A stretch of DNA of 56,358 nt from a virus (IMGVR_UViG_3300036770_007473:1-56358), one strand, 5' to 3'. Positions 7,808 through 18,092 are shown, counted from the stretch's first letter. Numbers and translations are program-made. The notes: generated by a model from the sequence alone, not told the origin.

Positions 7808-8496
7808 GATTGTGTCTCTCTTGATAGATAGTTAATTATTTCTCTTGCAATGCATTTATGTCCGTATACATTGGGATGATTCTCACAGGGCGACAGATAT
7901 TGATGCTCCTGAGGATATCCTTGATCCACATCAAATCCCAATAGATCGCTGAGACGTGATTGCACTCCAGCTGGCCAGTGATCGACATCGATATCAAAAT
8001 GCCACGGCGCGGTCACTCGAGTCACAGAATTAATCATAATATAGCATTGACCCTGGACCTTCAATAGATTTTGGAGACTCCAGATGGATCTCTGGGCCGA
8101 ATACATCATGTAAGCATAGTTATCTACATCTCGATACCAACGGCTCCATTGATCAGAAATACGTATGTCCTGCCGGTGGTTTTTTTCGTCGATCCAGAAA
8201 TATCTCGTGAAGCTGGGCCACACGATCAAGATCAATTCGTCTTGACAGGGCGATTTCAGATACTGGGAAATGCGCTGTACCAGGTGCTCGGCACTGATAC
8301 CCGGCTCTCCGAAGTTTTTTTCCTGCCATCCGAAGTGTTGAGCCACCAAGGCAGTGAATCGATTTCGCTCGCGGAACGAATCCTGATCCATGGCTTTGTA
8401 CCCCGCGCCCAGACTTTTTTCCAGTTCCGATCCCCAACACCAACTATCACCGAAACAGGCGATGGACTGGATGGTATCAGATAGTGCAACTGTCAC
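7804..8496 (-). CDS. SGNH/GDSL-like hydrolase-fold protein
   Basis: FGDSW block I, NFGEPG block II, C-terminal HPNVYGH; start codon uncertain. Confidence 0.65.
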   Translation of the reverse strand: MTVALSDTIQSIACFGDSWCWGSELEKSLGAGYKAMDQDSFRERNRFTALVAQHFGWQEKNFGEPGISAEHLVQRISQYLKSPCQDELILIVWPSFTRYFWIDEKNHRQDIRISDQWSRWYRDVDNYAYMMYSAQRSIWSLQNLLKVQGQCYIMINSVTRVTAPWHFDIDVDHWPAGVQSRLSDLLGFDVDQGYPQEHQYLSPCENHPNVYGHKCIAREIINYLSRETQS

Positions 8497-10789
8497 AAGA
8501 TTCGTCTGCCCGTAGTTCCGTGTTTGCTGGCTCTGTTGACGCAGATCGTTGATTGATCTGATCTAGATCAATCTCACCGGAGCCGTCGTAGGTATTGAAG
8601 TAGTAGAGTTGTTTGCCGCCATATTTGTAGAACATGATCATGTGCTTCATCATCTCGCTCATAGGGATCTTCTCATCTTCGTAGTGTTGAGGATTGTAAG
8701 AAGTGTTCACCGAGATCCCTTGGTCGATGTACTTCTGGAGGATGGCCATGATCTTGAGATAGCCTTCGGGACTGCGCTGATCCCACAACAGTTCATATCG
8801 ATTTTTAAGGCGTCGATACTCTGGAACCACTTGCTTGAGCACACCGTCTTTTGATTGCTTGACCGAAACATAACTGCGAGGGGGTTCTACTCCATTGGTA
8901 CTGTTTGATATCTGTGCAGAGGTTTCAGCGGGCATCAGGGCCATCAGGGTGCTGTTGCGTATGCCATGCTGGCGTAAACGACCGCGGAGATCCGCCCAGT
9001 CTACTAGATCTTGATGCGGTACCAATTCATCCACATCCTTTTTGTACGTGTCCACTGGCAAGATGCCATCATGGTAACGTGTTTCGTTGCTCTTGGGACA
9101 TGCACCAAATTCCTGAGCGAGATCCACCGATGCTTTGATCAGATAGTAACTCCAGTGCTGGGCCCAACGATCTACCACGGGCAGGGCGGCTGGATCAGAA
9201 TAACAAAGATCGTTCTTGGCCAACCAGTAGGCAAGATTGATGATGCCCACGCCCAAGGGTCGACGATTTTCTGTGGCCATCTGTGCGGCCAAGATAGGAT
9301 AGTTCTGATAACTCAACAAGGCATCCAGCCCGCGCACTGCCAAGGTGCAGGCCTTTTCCATGTCTTCGGGATCTCGGAACACTCCCCAGTTTATGGCGCT
9401 GAGTGTGCAGAGAGCGATTTCTCCGTTGGAATCATTGACATCATTGAGCGGCTGGGTAGGGAGATCGATTTCGCAACAGAGATTGCTCTGGCGAATGGGT
9501 GCTATCTCGGGCTTGAAACTGCCATGGCTGTTGGCATGATCCACGTTCATGAGATACACACGACCAGTGTCCTTGCGTTCTTGCATGAACATAGAAAACA
9601 GTTCCAGAGCCTTGATGGTTTTTTTACGCAGTTTGGTATTGCGTTCTGCTCTCTCATACAGTTCACGGAAGCGATCTACATCGGTATAAAAAGCATCCCA
9701 CATTTCGGGCACGTCGTGAGGAGAAAACAGAGTGATATCACCATTGATCAAGAGTCGCTCGTACATGACTTTGTTGAATTGTACACCATAGTCCATATGG
9801 CGCACTCGATTATCGTCTGTGCCTTTGTTGTTTTTAAGCACCAACAAGTCTTCTACTTCAAGATGCCACAGGGGATAATAAAGTGTGGCGGCACCATTGC
9901 GCACGCCTCCTTGGCTGCACGAGCGGGTAGCGGCCTGGAAAAGTTTGTAGAAAGGTATGACGCCTGTGTGATATGCATCTCCGTTACGGATAGGTGAGCC
10001 TATGGCGCGGATACGGCTCGCGCCGATGCCTATGCCAGCCTTTTGACTCACATACTTCACTATAGAACTGGCCGTGGCGTTGATCGAATCGAGGCTGTCT
10101 CCGGTCTCGATCAGCACGCAACTGCTGAACTGCCGCATGGGTGTGCGCACCCCGGCCATCACAGGAGTGGGCAGACTGACCTGGTGAGTGGAGATAGCAT
10201 CATAGTAGTCCTTGACCCACATCATGCGTGTTTCTCGGGGATAGCGAGAAAACAGAGTGGCCGCTATCAGCACATAGGCCATTTGCGGGGTTTCAAAGAT
10301 TTCTTTGGTCACACGATTCTGCACCAGATACTTGCCTCGGAATTGCTCCATGGCTGCATAGGTCAGGTCTTCGTCGCGATCGTGCTTGACGAAACTGTTG
10401 ATACGATTCCAATCATCCGCATCATAGACTTCCAGCAGTTCTGGATCATAAAATCCTGCGGCCACATTGCGTTTTACTAGATCTAACAAGTGGCAGGGAT
10501 CAAACTGTCCATAGACCTGCTTTCGCAGGTGATAGCAGATTAGTCTTCCAGCCACGTATTGATAGTTGGGAGTTTCTTCCGAGATCAAGTCGGCTGCACT
10601 CTTGATCAGGGTTTCCTGTATGTCTGCGGTCTTGATTCCATTGTAAAACTGCAGGTGGCTTTTGATTTCTACTTCGCTGGCGCTGACGCCGGTGATTCCT
10701 TCGGTGGCCCAAAAAACCACGCGATGTAGTTTTTCGAGATCCAGTGTTTCTTTGTTACCGTCTCTTTTTTGTACTTGTATCTGTGTCAT
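8477..10789 (-). CDS. nrdA: ribonucleotide reductase class Ia alpha subunit
   Basis: N-terminal ATP cone (KRDG), PTPVMAG, FSSCVL, SNLCCEI, LMPAETS, C-terminal CDSC. Confidence 0.97.
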   Translation of the reverse strand: MTQIQVQKRDGNKETLDLEKLHRVVFWATEGITGVSASEVEIKSHLQFYNGIKTADIQETLIKSAADLISEETPNYQYVAGRLICYHLRKQVYGQFDPCHLLDLVKRNVAAGFYDPELLEVYDADDWNRINSFVKHDRDEDLTYAAMEQFRGKYLVQNRVTKEIFETPQMAYVLIAATLFSRYPRETRMMWVKDYYDAISTHQVSLPTPVMAGVRTPMRQFSSCVLIETGDSLDSINATASSIVKYVSQKAGIGIGASRIRAIGSPIRNGDAYHTGVIPFYKLFQAATRSCSQGGVRNGAATLYYPLWHLEVEDLLVLKNNKGTDDNRVRHMDYGVQFNKVMYERLLINGDITLFSPHDVPEMWDAFYTDVDRFRELYERAERNTKLRKKTIKALELFSMFMQERKDTGRVYLMNVDHANSHGSFKPEIAPIRQSNLCCEIDLPTQPLNDVNDSNGEIALCTLSAINWGVFRDPEDMEKACTLAVRGLDALLSYQNYPILAAQMATENRRPLGVGIINLAYWLAKNDLCYSDPAALPVVDRWAQHWSYYLIKASVDLAQEFGACPKSNETRYHDGILPVDTYKKDVDELVPHQDLVDWADLRGRLRQHGIRNSTLMALMPAETSAQISNSTNGVEPPRSYVSVKQSKDGVLKQVVPEYRRLKNRYELLWDQRSPEGYLKIMAILQKYIDQGISVNTSYNPQHYEDEKIPMSEMMKHMIMFYKYGGKQLYYFNTYDGSGEIDLDQINQRSASTEPANTELRADESCDSCTI

Positions 10790-10791
10790 TT

Positions 10792-11223
10792 CTAACCCAT
10801 TAAATGATGTAATGCACGACTATCTAACTGTTGTTTGATTGTGAACTGCTGAGATGTGATATTTAACAACTGGCCGGGGGCCCAATTCAGTATATATTTT
10901 CCCTGGTTCACGAGAACTAAATTGCCCATGTCACTCTGGGTCAGTGTGACATCCTGTACTTGATCTGATTCTATCATGCATATAGTATACAGCATTCCTA
11001 CAGCACGAGCAAGTTCACAGTAGATGTCATCGTGTAATAGTTCCCAGGCAGTGGGCCATTTTTTGCAATCATGCCAATGCAGATAATGGCTGGCGATCGG
11101 GGCGCGGAACCACCAATCATTTATCAATATCAACGACTCCTGGAGATCTGCTTCGATCTGGCAACGATCTCTGAGATCGCTCCAGTCTCTCAGACGTGTT
11201 TCAAAATCGCCAGGCCACATCAA
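10792..11223 (-). CDS. hypothetical protein
   Basis: 143 aa; overlaps upstream stop and abuts nrdA. Confidence 0.75.
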   Translation of the reverse strand: MMWPGDFETRLRDWSDLRDRCQIEADLQESLILINDWWFRAPIASHYLHWHDCKKWPTAWELLHDDIYCELARAVGMLYTICMIESDQVQDVTLTQSDMGNLVLVNQGKYILNWAPGQLLNITSQQFTIKQQLDSRALHHLMG

Positions 11224-12806
11224 GCGAGGTGTGCGAGTGAATATGTCAATGTGGCGGCAGTGCCGGTGTTGGTGGTGGTATAACGCACGCTCACTGTGTT
11301 AGATACCTGTGTCACACTCAGTGTGACTCCGATGTCTATATTTTCGGTATAATCATCTGTGTAACTCAACGTAAGGCTGCTGTCATCGCTGTTCTGCGCT
11401 ACCACTGTCAATGTTCCGTGACGTATGCCACTGTCACGTGTCATGGTGTATGTCATGGTAAATGCACGCACCTGCGTGCTAGAACCAGTGAAGATTGGTT
11501 GTGCAGACTGATTGTTGGCCAAGGTGAATGTACGTCCCGATTCTCTGCTGTAGCGTCCTAATTGCAGTTGGCTGTTGGTGGTAACTACGCCACCAGTGAT
11601 GCTCACAGTGGGATAACTGTTGGTTTCGGTGACCGGGCGCTCAAACATATCGGCCAGGCTGACGTTGTTATCGTTGCCAAACAACACCACTGGAGTAGCG
11701 GCATTACTGGTAAACTGATTGCCTACACCGTAGAACACATTGTAGGCCGTGATATTGAGACTGACATCATCATAGATCACACCTTCGGCGTAGATCGCGT
11801 CAAACATGTTGCCCACGGTACGGAATCCAGTGGCACCACCGTTGACAGGAGTACCGGTACCCAGCAAGATTCCTTGATACAATGTGTTGAAATTACTGTT
11901 GCTCACAGTGACACTTGAGATCTCTTCGTCGGTATTGATACCGTATGTGAGATTGGAAAATCGGCATTTGTCAAAAGTGATCTGATTACACACAAGGCTG
12001 GTACTGCTGTCAAATCTCACACCAGCGATGTTGTCTGTGGCCAGGTCGGACTGTATGTTGGTGGTGGTCAGAGGTCCCACGAAATTCACCGAATCGAAAT
12101 AGCACTGTGTAGCACGGTCCACGAGAAACACATCAGTGACCGGTCCGGTCTGGAAGGTCATGCTAGAGATCTCTATGTTACGAGGTGCGGCAGCGCCATT
12201 GTTACCGATGTTGACACCGGTCTGCTGCAGACTATCTCCAAATCTTGCCACGTAGGCCGTGAGGCTGGAGATGTCCACGCTCTCATCAAGATAGATGATA
12301 CTGCAATCCGCACCTTCGCCCACTAATTTGGCATAGGTGGGGATGATGATAGTCTCTGTCACCTTGTAAGTCCCGGCAGGGAAATACAGAGTGCGGCGGA
12401 TCTGGGTGTTGGTTTCTCTGCAATAGAGTTGATACAGAGCGCGATTGATGGCATCGGTGTCGTCCGCTATGCCGTTACCTACAGCACCAAAGTCTCTCAC
12501 ATCTGCGAAATCATCCAGTTTGGCCTGCACCGTGCGCACCACCGGATCTCCTGGAGTTGGACCGGTCTGGGCACTATAGCCCACCACAGAATCTGAATAA
12601 GTGTAAGAACTCAGGGTGGTAATATCGCTGAATTCTGTGAGTATCTCGGTATTTCCAATCACCGGTGCACCTTCTTGCAAGGTACCGTTACCGATGAATA
12701 GCCTGCGGCTATCAATGGCCCAGCCCAGTTCGGCGCCCGCTAGTTGTGGCAGGTTTTCCTGGAGACCTTTGCGATTGGTGATGCGTGAAATCTGTACTAT
12801 GGCCAT
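11220..12806 (-). CDS. tail/baseplate protein with pectate-lyase-3-like beta-helix
   Basis: N-terminal LPQLAGAELGW..RRLFIG tail-attachment-type motif; VRDFGAVGNGIADDTDAI and LYFPAGTYKV; TAAATA promoter upstream. Confidence 0.8.
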   Translation of the reverse strand: MAIVQISRITNRKGLQENLPQLAGAELGWAIDSRRLFIGNGTLQEGAPVIGNTEILTEFSDITTLSSYTYSDSVVGYSAQTGPTPGDPVVRTVQAKLDDFADVRDFGAVGNGIADDTDAINRALYQLYCRETNTQIRRTLYFPAGTYKVTETIIIPTYAKLVGEGADCSIIYLDESVDISSLTAYVARFGDSLQQTGVNIGNNGAAAPRNIEISSMTFQTGPVTDVFLVDRATQCYFDSVNFVGPLTTTNIQSDLATDNIAGVRFDSSTSLVCNQITFDKCRFSNLTYGINTDEEISSVTVSNSNFNTLYQGILLGTGTPVNGGATGFRTVGNMFDAIYAEGVIYDDVSLNITAYNVFYGVGNQFTSNAATPVVLFGNDNNVSLADMFERPVTETNSYPTVSITGGVVTTNSQLQLGRYSRESGRTFTLANNQSAQPIFTGSSTQVRAFTMTYTMTRDSGIRHGTLTVVAQNSDDSSLTLSYTDDYTENIDIGVTLSVTQVSNTVSVRYTTTNTGTAATLTYSLAHLA

Positions 12807-12831
12807 GTGAGTTTACCTATGTTCTAGGTAT

Positions 12832-13548
12832 TTATGCGTATCTTTGGTAGTATTGCTCTACCCTAGCCCACCAACGATTGCACCATTGATCAAACTCAGC
12901 ACCCTCTACTATCCATTCTTGATACTGAGGTTCTGTGATAGGAATCCCTTGATCGTCGACTTCGGGCTTGGCGCACATCAAGATCACACCACGTCTTATT
13001 TTCGTGCCGTACACTTCGTTGTGCGCTTCTGCGTAGGCCGCTAATTGCAGGAAATAATCTTCGATCCATTCGGTTTTCTTGGGCCGGTTGGTTTGCTTGA
13101 AATCAAGTATTGCATCTTGCCCTTGGTGCACGCCCACACAGTCAGTGGTACCTGCATAAATTGAAGGAAAATACAAAGGGACTTCTGTACCCCAGAACTC
13201 GTCGACCTTGTTTAACCCTTGATTGATAACCACTTCGGCCATGGCATGGCTGGCCCAGCCAAAAGGATTGGTACCCCGATCTTTATGTGCGCCGTTTATG
13301 ACGTAGTGCTCTAAGTAGGTGTGCATCCTGGTACCACGGTTCGCAGCCTCTGTGGTTATCTGTTGGGCTTTTTCGTGACCTACTCTTTTTTTCCAATTTT
13401 CCAACGCGATGCGTTTCTCCTGGGGCTTGGTGCGATCTAGGATGGTGGTGACCGAGGGCAGTTTCTTGCCGTCAGGTGTGGCATAAAGCCGTTGCCCGTC
13501 CACGCTCTCTCTTGTCAGCGGAGCATACTGATATCGTTGTGTGATCAA
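12832..13548 (-). CDS. PD-(D/E)XK exonuclease
   Basis: LPSVTTIL, RGTRMH, AGTTDC, ILDFKQ, QLAAY. Confidence 0.85.
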   Translation of the reverse strand: MITQRYQYAPLTRESVDGQRLYATPDGKKLPSVTTILDRTKPQEKRIALENWKKRVGHEKAQQITTEAANRGTRMHTYLEHYVINGAHKDRGTNPFGWASHAMAEVVINQGLNKVDEFWGTEVPLYFPSIYAGTTDCVGVHQGQDAILDFKQTNRPKKTEWIEDYFLQLAAYAEAHNEVYGTKIRRGVILMCAKPEVDDQGIPITEPQYQEWIVEGAEFDQWCNRWWARVEQYYQRYA

Positions 13549-13874
13549 ACTCGGAAACTTTCGCCGCAGCCGCAGCGATCCTTTTCATTTTGGTTGATGA
13601 ACTCAAAACCTTCATTGAGGCCTTTTTTCTGGTAATCGATGGTCATGCCGTCGAGATATACCAGATGCTCGGGGTTCACATACACACGCACCCCATTGGT
13701 GTCAAAATGTCTTGTGCAGATCTGTGAACCTTGTTCTTTATCCACATACTCCAAGATATAGGCCAAACCGGAGCAGCCCGTGGTGCGCACACCTACTCGG
13801 ATGCCCAGGCCTCGGCCCCGGCGTTCAATGGCCGAACGGATCTTTTCTGCTGCAGAGTCGGTAACTGTGATCAT
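13545..13874 (-). CDS. iscA: Fe-S cluster A-type carrier IscA
   Basis: TTGCSGLAY and CGCGESF. Confidence 0.95.
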   Translation of the reverse strand: MITVTDSAAEKIRSAIERRGRGLGIRVGVRTTGCSGLAYILEYVDKEQGSQICTRHFDTNGVRVYVNPEHLVYLDGMTIDYQKKGLNEGFEFINQNEKDRCGCGESFRV

Positions 13875-14899
13875 AGCATTTCCTTCATCTGCTGTGTCAT
13901 TTCATCCACACCACGATAGGCCAATAGATGTTGTCGATTGTGTTCTAAATCTGACCATAGAGTCTGATATACCTGTTGTGGATCTAACGCTAGCAATCGG
14001 CGACATTGATCCATGGCTGCTGCCAATCGTTGATCGAAATCTTCTATCTCATCATAGGATTCGTCGATCACGCTGCCAAAGGTGCGGAATCCCAGATCTC
14101 TCAGTGTGCGAAGAGCACCAGGGAAAGAATGCACTGCCACAAACACTCTGCGTGCCAAAAGAGGTTTGGCAGTTTTTTCTGACATGAATACGCGATCATG
14201 ATGTGTTTCTACCAGCATGGTGTACCAGGTTTGGTCGTAGATCTGCCAGGGCACGAAGCAGCAGAGGTTCGAGGTCTGGGGCCCATTGAATGATACCTGG
14301 TGACCTTCCATGGAATTATGCATGCTGCCGGCGTTGTAGAACATGGGACTCTTGAAGTCGCCGACATTTTCCACCTTATCAGTATCCATGCCTGTGATCC
14401 ATGGAGTGCCTTGTCCGGTGTAGGATATCAGAGTAGCGCTGTCAAGGTCGGGCCTGGATCGTATCAGATCATAGACCTTGGTGCGAGACGATTTCCTGCG
14501 CCCCAGTAAAAGATCAAACTTGAAAACAGGATTTTTTTGCGACCATGGCGCACAGCGATCTGCATGTGCCACATGACTTTCTACTTCTCGACACCAGTCT
14601 AACCAGAACCAATAAGGTCGCACACGGGCATCAGCATGTATGGTACTGTCCCATAGCGTGATACGGGCATCGTCTGGCAAGTGATCTGGTGATCTGCCTT
14701 CGGTGTCGATCAACCAGATCTTTTCTGCTGCCTGCCATGCGGGCATTTTTTGCAAGATGTCAAAGTCCCAATCATAATCAAAGTCTTTGCCGGGCACCGC
14801 CAACTGCTCTGGAGTGCGGAGCCATATTTTCCATAAGAAAATATTTCTTTGATCCAGGCCTAGATCATTGAACAGCCAATGATCATTGGTCCACAACAT
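13871..14899 (-). CDS. hypothetical glycosyltransferase-like protein (ET...EKT family)
   Basis: LVET...FMSEKTAKPLL...LRDLGFRTF...DESYD; resembles the C-terminal domain of GT10-like GT-B enzymes. Confidence 0.55.
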   Translation of the reverse strand: MLWTNDHWLFNDLGLDQRNIFLWKIWLRTPEQLAVPGKDFDYDWDFDILQKMPAWQAAEKIWLIDTEGRSPDHLPDDARITLWDSTIHADARVRPYWFWLDWCREVESHVAHADRCAPWSQKNPVFKFDLLLGRRKSSRTKVYDLIRSRPDLDSATLISYTGQGTPWITGMDTDKVENVGDFKSPMFYNAGSMHNSMEGHQVSFNGPQTSNLCCFVPWQIYDQTWYTMLVETHHDRVFMSEKTAKPLLARRVFVAVHSFPGALRTLRDLGFRTFGSVIDESYDEIEDFDQRLAAAMDQCRRLLALDPQQVYQTLWSDLEHNRQHLLAYRGVDEMTQQMKEML

Positions 14900-15269
14900 G
14901 TTTTTTCCTGTAATCCTCTATGGCTGCTTTGATCGCATCCTCGGCCAAGATCGAGCAATGGATCTTTACCGGCGGAAGAGCCAGTTCTTCAGCGATTTCA
15001 GTGTTTTTGATAGTCTGTGCTTCGTCAAGAGTCTTGCCCTTAACCCATTCAGTAACCAGCGAACTACTAGCGATCGCGCTACCGCAACCATAAGTTTTGA
15101 AACGAGCATCGGTAATAATGCCATCTTCCACCTTGATCTGTAGTTTCATCACATCACCGCAAGCGGGGGCTCCCACCATGCCCGTACCAATTCCTGGATC
15201 CGTTTTGTCAAAAGAACCCACGTTACGGGGGTGTTCATAATGATCGATGACTTTTTCACTGTACGCCAT
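14883..15269 (-). CDS. iscU: Fe-S scaffold IscU
   Basis: MAYSEKVIDHY, GAPACGDVM, TYGCGSAIAS, LPPVKIHCS. Confidence 0.97.
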   Translation of the reverse strand: MAYSEKVIDHYEHPRNVGSFDKTDPGIGTGMVGAPACGDVMKLQIKVEDGIITDARFKTYGCGSAIASSSLVTEWVKGKTLDEAQTIKNTEIAEELALPPVKIHCSILAEDAIKAAIEDYRKKHVVDQ

Positions 15270-15287
15270 GATTTTCTCCTGTCGTTG

Positions 15288-15316
15288 ATTTTACTACGGA
15301 ATGCACCATCTGTCAA
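15288..15316 (-). promoter_or_regulatory. sigma70-type promoter for iscU
   Basis: TTGACA-N17-TAAAAT; TAAATA late-type motif just upstream (15320..15325). Confidence 0.7.
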
Positions 15317-15322
15317 TGGTAT

Positions 15323-16210
15323 TTAATGTTTTTCTTTTTGTACAAAGTGTAGGCGATGATATCGATCATCAGTTGGGCAGAATTTACACTGCGGTATCAT
15401 GTCATCGATATGTTGGAAAAAGTCGTCACCGCGATCGTCGTACTCATCTATGGCCAAGGGTCGATAGGATCTGATCAGGGCTTTGTCTCCTGGAGAAAGA
15501 TCCAGATCGAACTGATCGTCCAATTCTGAAAAAAGAGCCACGGGACCACAACGATAGATCTTTCCTCGTATGAAATGATAGTTTTTGTGATGCTGGAATG
15601 CACAGATGTCAAATGCCTTTTCTGGAGGACTTTGATGCAGGGTCAGCCTGCCATCGGGCTGGTGGATCAGAGCATTGGGTTTGAACTCGTGCTGATCCCA
15701 GACCTCTACGAAAAACTGTTCATTGTCTGGATCCTGGAATGTTTTGCAACCGCCCAGGCGTGTTTTTGCTGGATCGTCGATCTCGATCACTGGCTTACCA
15801 AAGAATCTGCGTATCTTGTCGTAGATTTCGGATCTCTGATCGAGATCGTGGAGACTCACACCGACCCAGGCGTTGTTGCCCGAAGGATTGTCCGTCATCA
15901 CATGATAGAGATCGGGAATACGATCGATGTAGGTACCATTGGTCAATACCTGCACGCTTTTCTGCCAAACACGATTGAGTCCCAATACCCATTGCTTGAT
16001 ATCCGGATTGAGCAAGGGTTCTCCGCCCATGATCACGATCTGTCCTATGTCTATTTTTTCTGCCCAGGCAGCGATAGTGGATTCGTGATCCTTCCATTTT
16101 TGCCAACCGCGGAAATTGAGATCATTGAATCTGTTGCAACCCTGGCATGCAAGGTTACAGACGTTGGTTATATAGAATTCTAGTTTTGGTAATACCCGGC
16201 GTGTGTCCAC
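15323..16210 (-). CDS. radical SAM protein
   Basis: CNLACQGC, MGGEPLL, VLTNG; C-terminal Cys cluster (CKFC). Confidence 0.88.
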   Translation of the reverse strand: MDTRRVLPKLEFYITNVCNLACQGCNRFNDLNFRGWQKWKDHESTIAAWAEKIDIGQIVIMGGEPLLNPDIKQWVLGLNRVWQKSVQVLTNGTYIDRIPDLYHVMTDNPSGNNAWVGVSLHDLDQRSEIYDKIRRFFGKPVIEIDDPAKTRLGGCKTFQDPDNEQFFVEVWDQHEFKPNALIHQPDGRLTLHQSPPEKAFDICAFQHHKNYHFIRGKIYRCGPVALFSELDDQFDLDLSPGDKALIRSYRPLAIDEYDDRGDDFFQHIDDMIPQCKFCPTDDRYHRLHFVQKEKH

Positions 16211-16554
16211 TATTTGAGAGCACGTTTGGCCATCTGATCCACTGTGAGACGTGCTTGATCCACGGTCATGGTGTCAGTGACAGTTTCGCCGCCACGGAAA
16301 GTGATGGTCACTGCTTCCGGGTCGTTGTCCGGTCCTTCGATATTGGCGATGAGATTGTTCAGCGGCGCTTGCTGGCTAAGAGTTTTGAGTTGCGTGATGG
16401 TGAGAGGTATCTTGAGTTGGTTGGCCAGATTCACAAAAGCCTGACCGGATATGGTTTTTTTGGCATCCACATCATCGGCTCGGCCGCTGAGAAAATCCAC
16501 AAGAGCCATCAAGCGACTTTGATCAACGTCGCCGGCCACTTCTCGGATCAGCAT
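16210..16554 (-). CDS. hypothetical protein
   Basis: 114 aa beginning MLIREV; coupled to the upstream stop. Confidence 0.75.
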   Translation of the reverse strand: MLIREVAGDVDQSRLMALVDFLSGRADDVDAKKTISGQAFVNLANQLKIPLTITQLKTLSQQAPLNNLIANIEGPDNDPEAVTITFRGGETVTDTMTVDQARLTVDQMAKRALK

Positions 16555-17378
16555 TATCTGCGCTCTCGTCCCAGGCCTACAGAGACTTCTTCCTCTTCTT
16601 CCTCGTCGTCAGAGGGTAGATTGGCGTCCAGGCTGAGATCCATTTCTTCTTCGCCGGGCACTGGAGCAGTCGCGGTCATATCAGCTTCTGCGCCGGGTAC
16701 CACCGGAGCCTGGCCAGTGAGCACACCCTGGGCAGATTCCATCTCTGTCTTGCCGGCTTGCACTGCTGTCAGCAGGTTGCTGAGCGCGGCGGATGCCTGT
16801 GTCTGGAACTGGGTGGCCTGATCTACTCCCATGTCGTTCCGGATGCTGTTGACCAGGGCCGGGAGATCTTTGAACTGCATCTCGGAAATGTCTTCCATCA
16901 TGCCCTGGATGCGGTCTACCATGTCTTGCGCTGCCAGCACCACTTGAGCAGTTTGGACTTCGCTTTCTTTGACCATGCGCTTGTGTTTGGCGCTTTCTTT
17001 TTTCATGGCAGCGATTGCAGTCACGGTTTTCTGTTCGTCAGGAGTGAGGTTCTGCCCGCTCTGGGCTTTCTTCATTACTGCCTGTGTTTTGGGATCATTG
17101 ACATCCACGGCCATCACGGTCGCTGTGTCCATTTCGCTGAGCCTCCCGATCAAGGCCTGTTCCAGCATGACCAATTTGAGATAGTCAGGATTGCGTTCGC
17201 TGAAATGCCGGCTCACTGAGGATTTGTGCTCTTGTAGCATACCCTTGACACGGCCCAACATGCGGCGTGCCTGGCTCTCGCTCAGGCGGCGGAAATCCAC
17301 ACGATGACCGAAATATCCGTCCAGTGTTTTAGTGATTTTTTCTGTGGGACGCTGGGCGTCCAGTTCGTGCAGTTTCAT
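16554..17378 (-). CDS. hypothetical, possible prohead core/scaffold-like protein
   Basis: Start at MKLHEL with GAGG RBS and TAAATA upstream; helical composition, acidic C-terminus. Confidence 0.7.
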   Translation of the reverse strand: MKLHELDAQRPTEKITKTLDGYFGHRVDFRRLSESQARRMLGRVKGMLQEHKSSVSRHFSERNPDYLKLVMLEQALIGRLSEMDTATVMAVDVNDPKTQAVMKKAQSGQNLTPDEQKTVTAIAAMKKESAKHKRMVKESEVQTAQVVLAAQDMVDRIQGMMEDISEMQFKDLPALVNSIRNDMGVDQATQFQTQASAALSNLLTAVQAGKTEMESAQGVLTGQAPVVPGAEADMTATAPVPGEEEMDLSLDANLPSDDEEEEEEVSVGLGRERR

Positions 17379-17832
17379 TATTGAATCCTCGTGTTTGCCA
17401 GTATTTAGCAAGATTTATGCATTTGGTCAGGCGGGAATTTAAATCTTTCAATCGCTGTTTGCGTGTTTCCAGTTTGGCCTCTACAGATTCGGCCAGCCGC
17501 AGATCGCGGATCTTGGAGGCTAGATTGCTGCGTGTTTCGAGATCCGCGATCACCAAAGCACGTTGTTGCTCTAATCGGTGTATGTCATCGGCTAGATGCA
17601 TCTGCCCGAGTTTGTCTGCTATACACCATGCCAGAGCGCTTTTTACCATGGTGAATTCTCCCATGGAGTTACCATATCGCAGCACCGATACCGATCCCGG
17701 ATCGCGTTGTATACGATATCGACCGAACACTATGTAATGCCGGCCGTCGGGTATGATGGCTGTGGATTCCAACGCAGGAAGATCGGGGCGGATTATCTCT
17801 TCCAGTCGAGACAGTGCTTGGGCATTTTTCAT
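17329..17832 (-). CDS. hypothetical protein
   Basis: Start moved to MKNAQ (ATGA overlap); coiled-coil-like C-terminal half. Confidence 0.7.
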   Translation of the reverse strand: MKNAQALSRLEEIIRPDLPALESTAIIPDGRHYIVFGRYRIQRDPGSVSVLRYGNSMGEFTMVKSALAWCIADKLGQMHLADDIHRLEQQRALVIADLETRSNLASKIRDLRLAESVEAKLETRKQRLKDLNSRLTKCINLAKYWQTRGFNNETARTGRPASHRKNH

Positions 17833-18092
17833 TTGATGACGTAGACCGCCAGGAGATATCCCACTATGGCCACCAAGGCGCCGATGATACCCATGCCCCA
17901 ACCCATGATCTGGTCCGTACGCTTCTCTGCCATGTTCTGCACCATGTCATGCACTTCGCGGATCACGGCACCTTGCTCTGTGATCTTTTCTTCCACAATT
18001 TGGAATTTTTGCTCAAGAAAGCGATATCGTTGGGCGCACAGGTCCACGTGGGCTTCGAGGCTTTTCTTTTCTAGATCGGTGGTTTCGTTCAT
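17829..18092 (-). CDS. small coiled-coil protein with C-terminal transmembrane helix
   Basis: MNETTDLEKKSLEAHVDLCAQRY...GWGMGIIGALVAIVGYLLAVYVIK; TAAATA just upstream. Confidence 0.75.
   Translation of the reverse strand: MNETTDLEKKSLEAHVDLCAQRYRFLEQKFQIVEEKITEQGAVIREVHDMVQNMAEKRTDQIMGWGMGIIGALVAIVGYLLAVYVIK

Noticed and set aside
9011-9997. 328-aa plus-strand ORF
   Set aside because: Lies entirely antisense to conserved nrdA and has no recognisable motif.
6680-10789. Intron, intein or homing endonuclease in nrdAB
   Set aside because: Both genes are normal length and uninterrupted; the intervening ORF has SGNH-like rather than HNH/GIY-YIG/LAGLIDADG motifs.
12832-13548. Possible Cas4/CRISPR component
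   Set aside because: Lacks the Cas4 Fe-S cysteines, and no repeat-spacer array or other cas gene is visible; an ordinary phage PD-(D/E)XK exonuclease fits.
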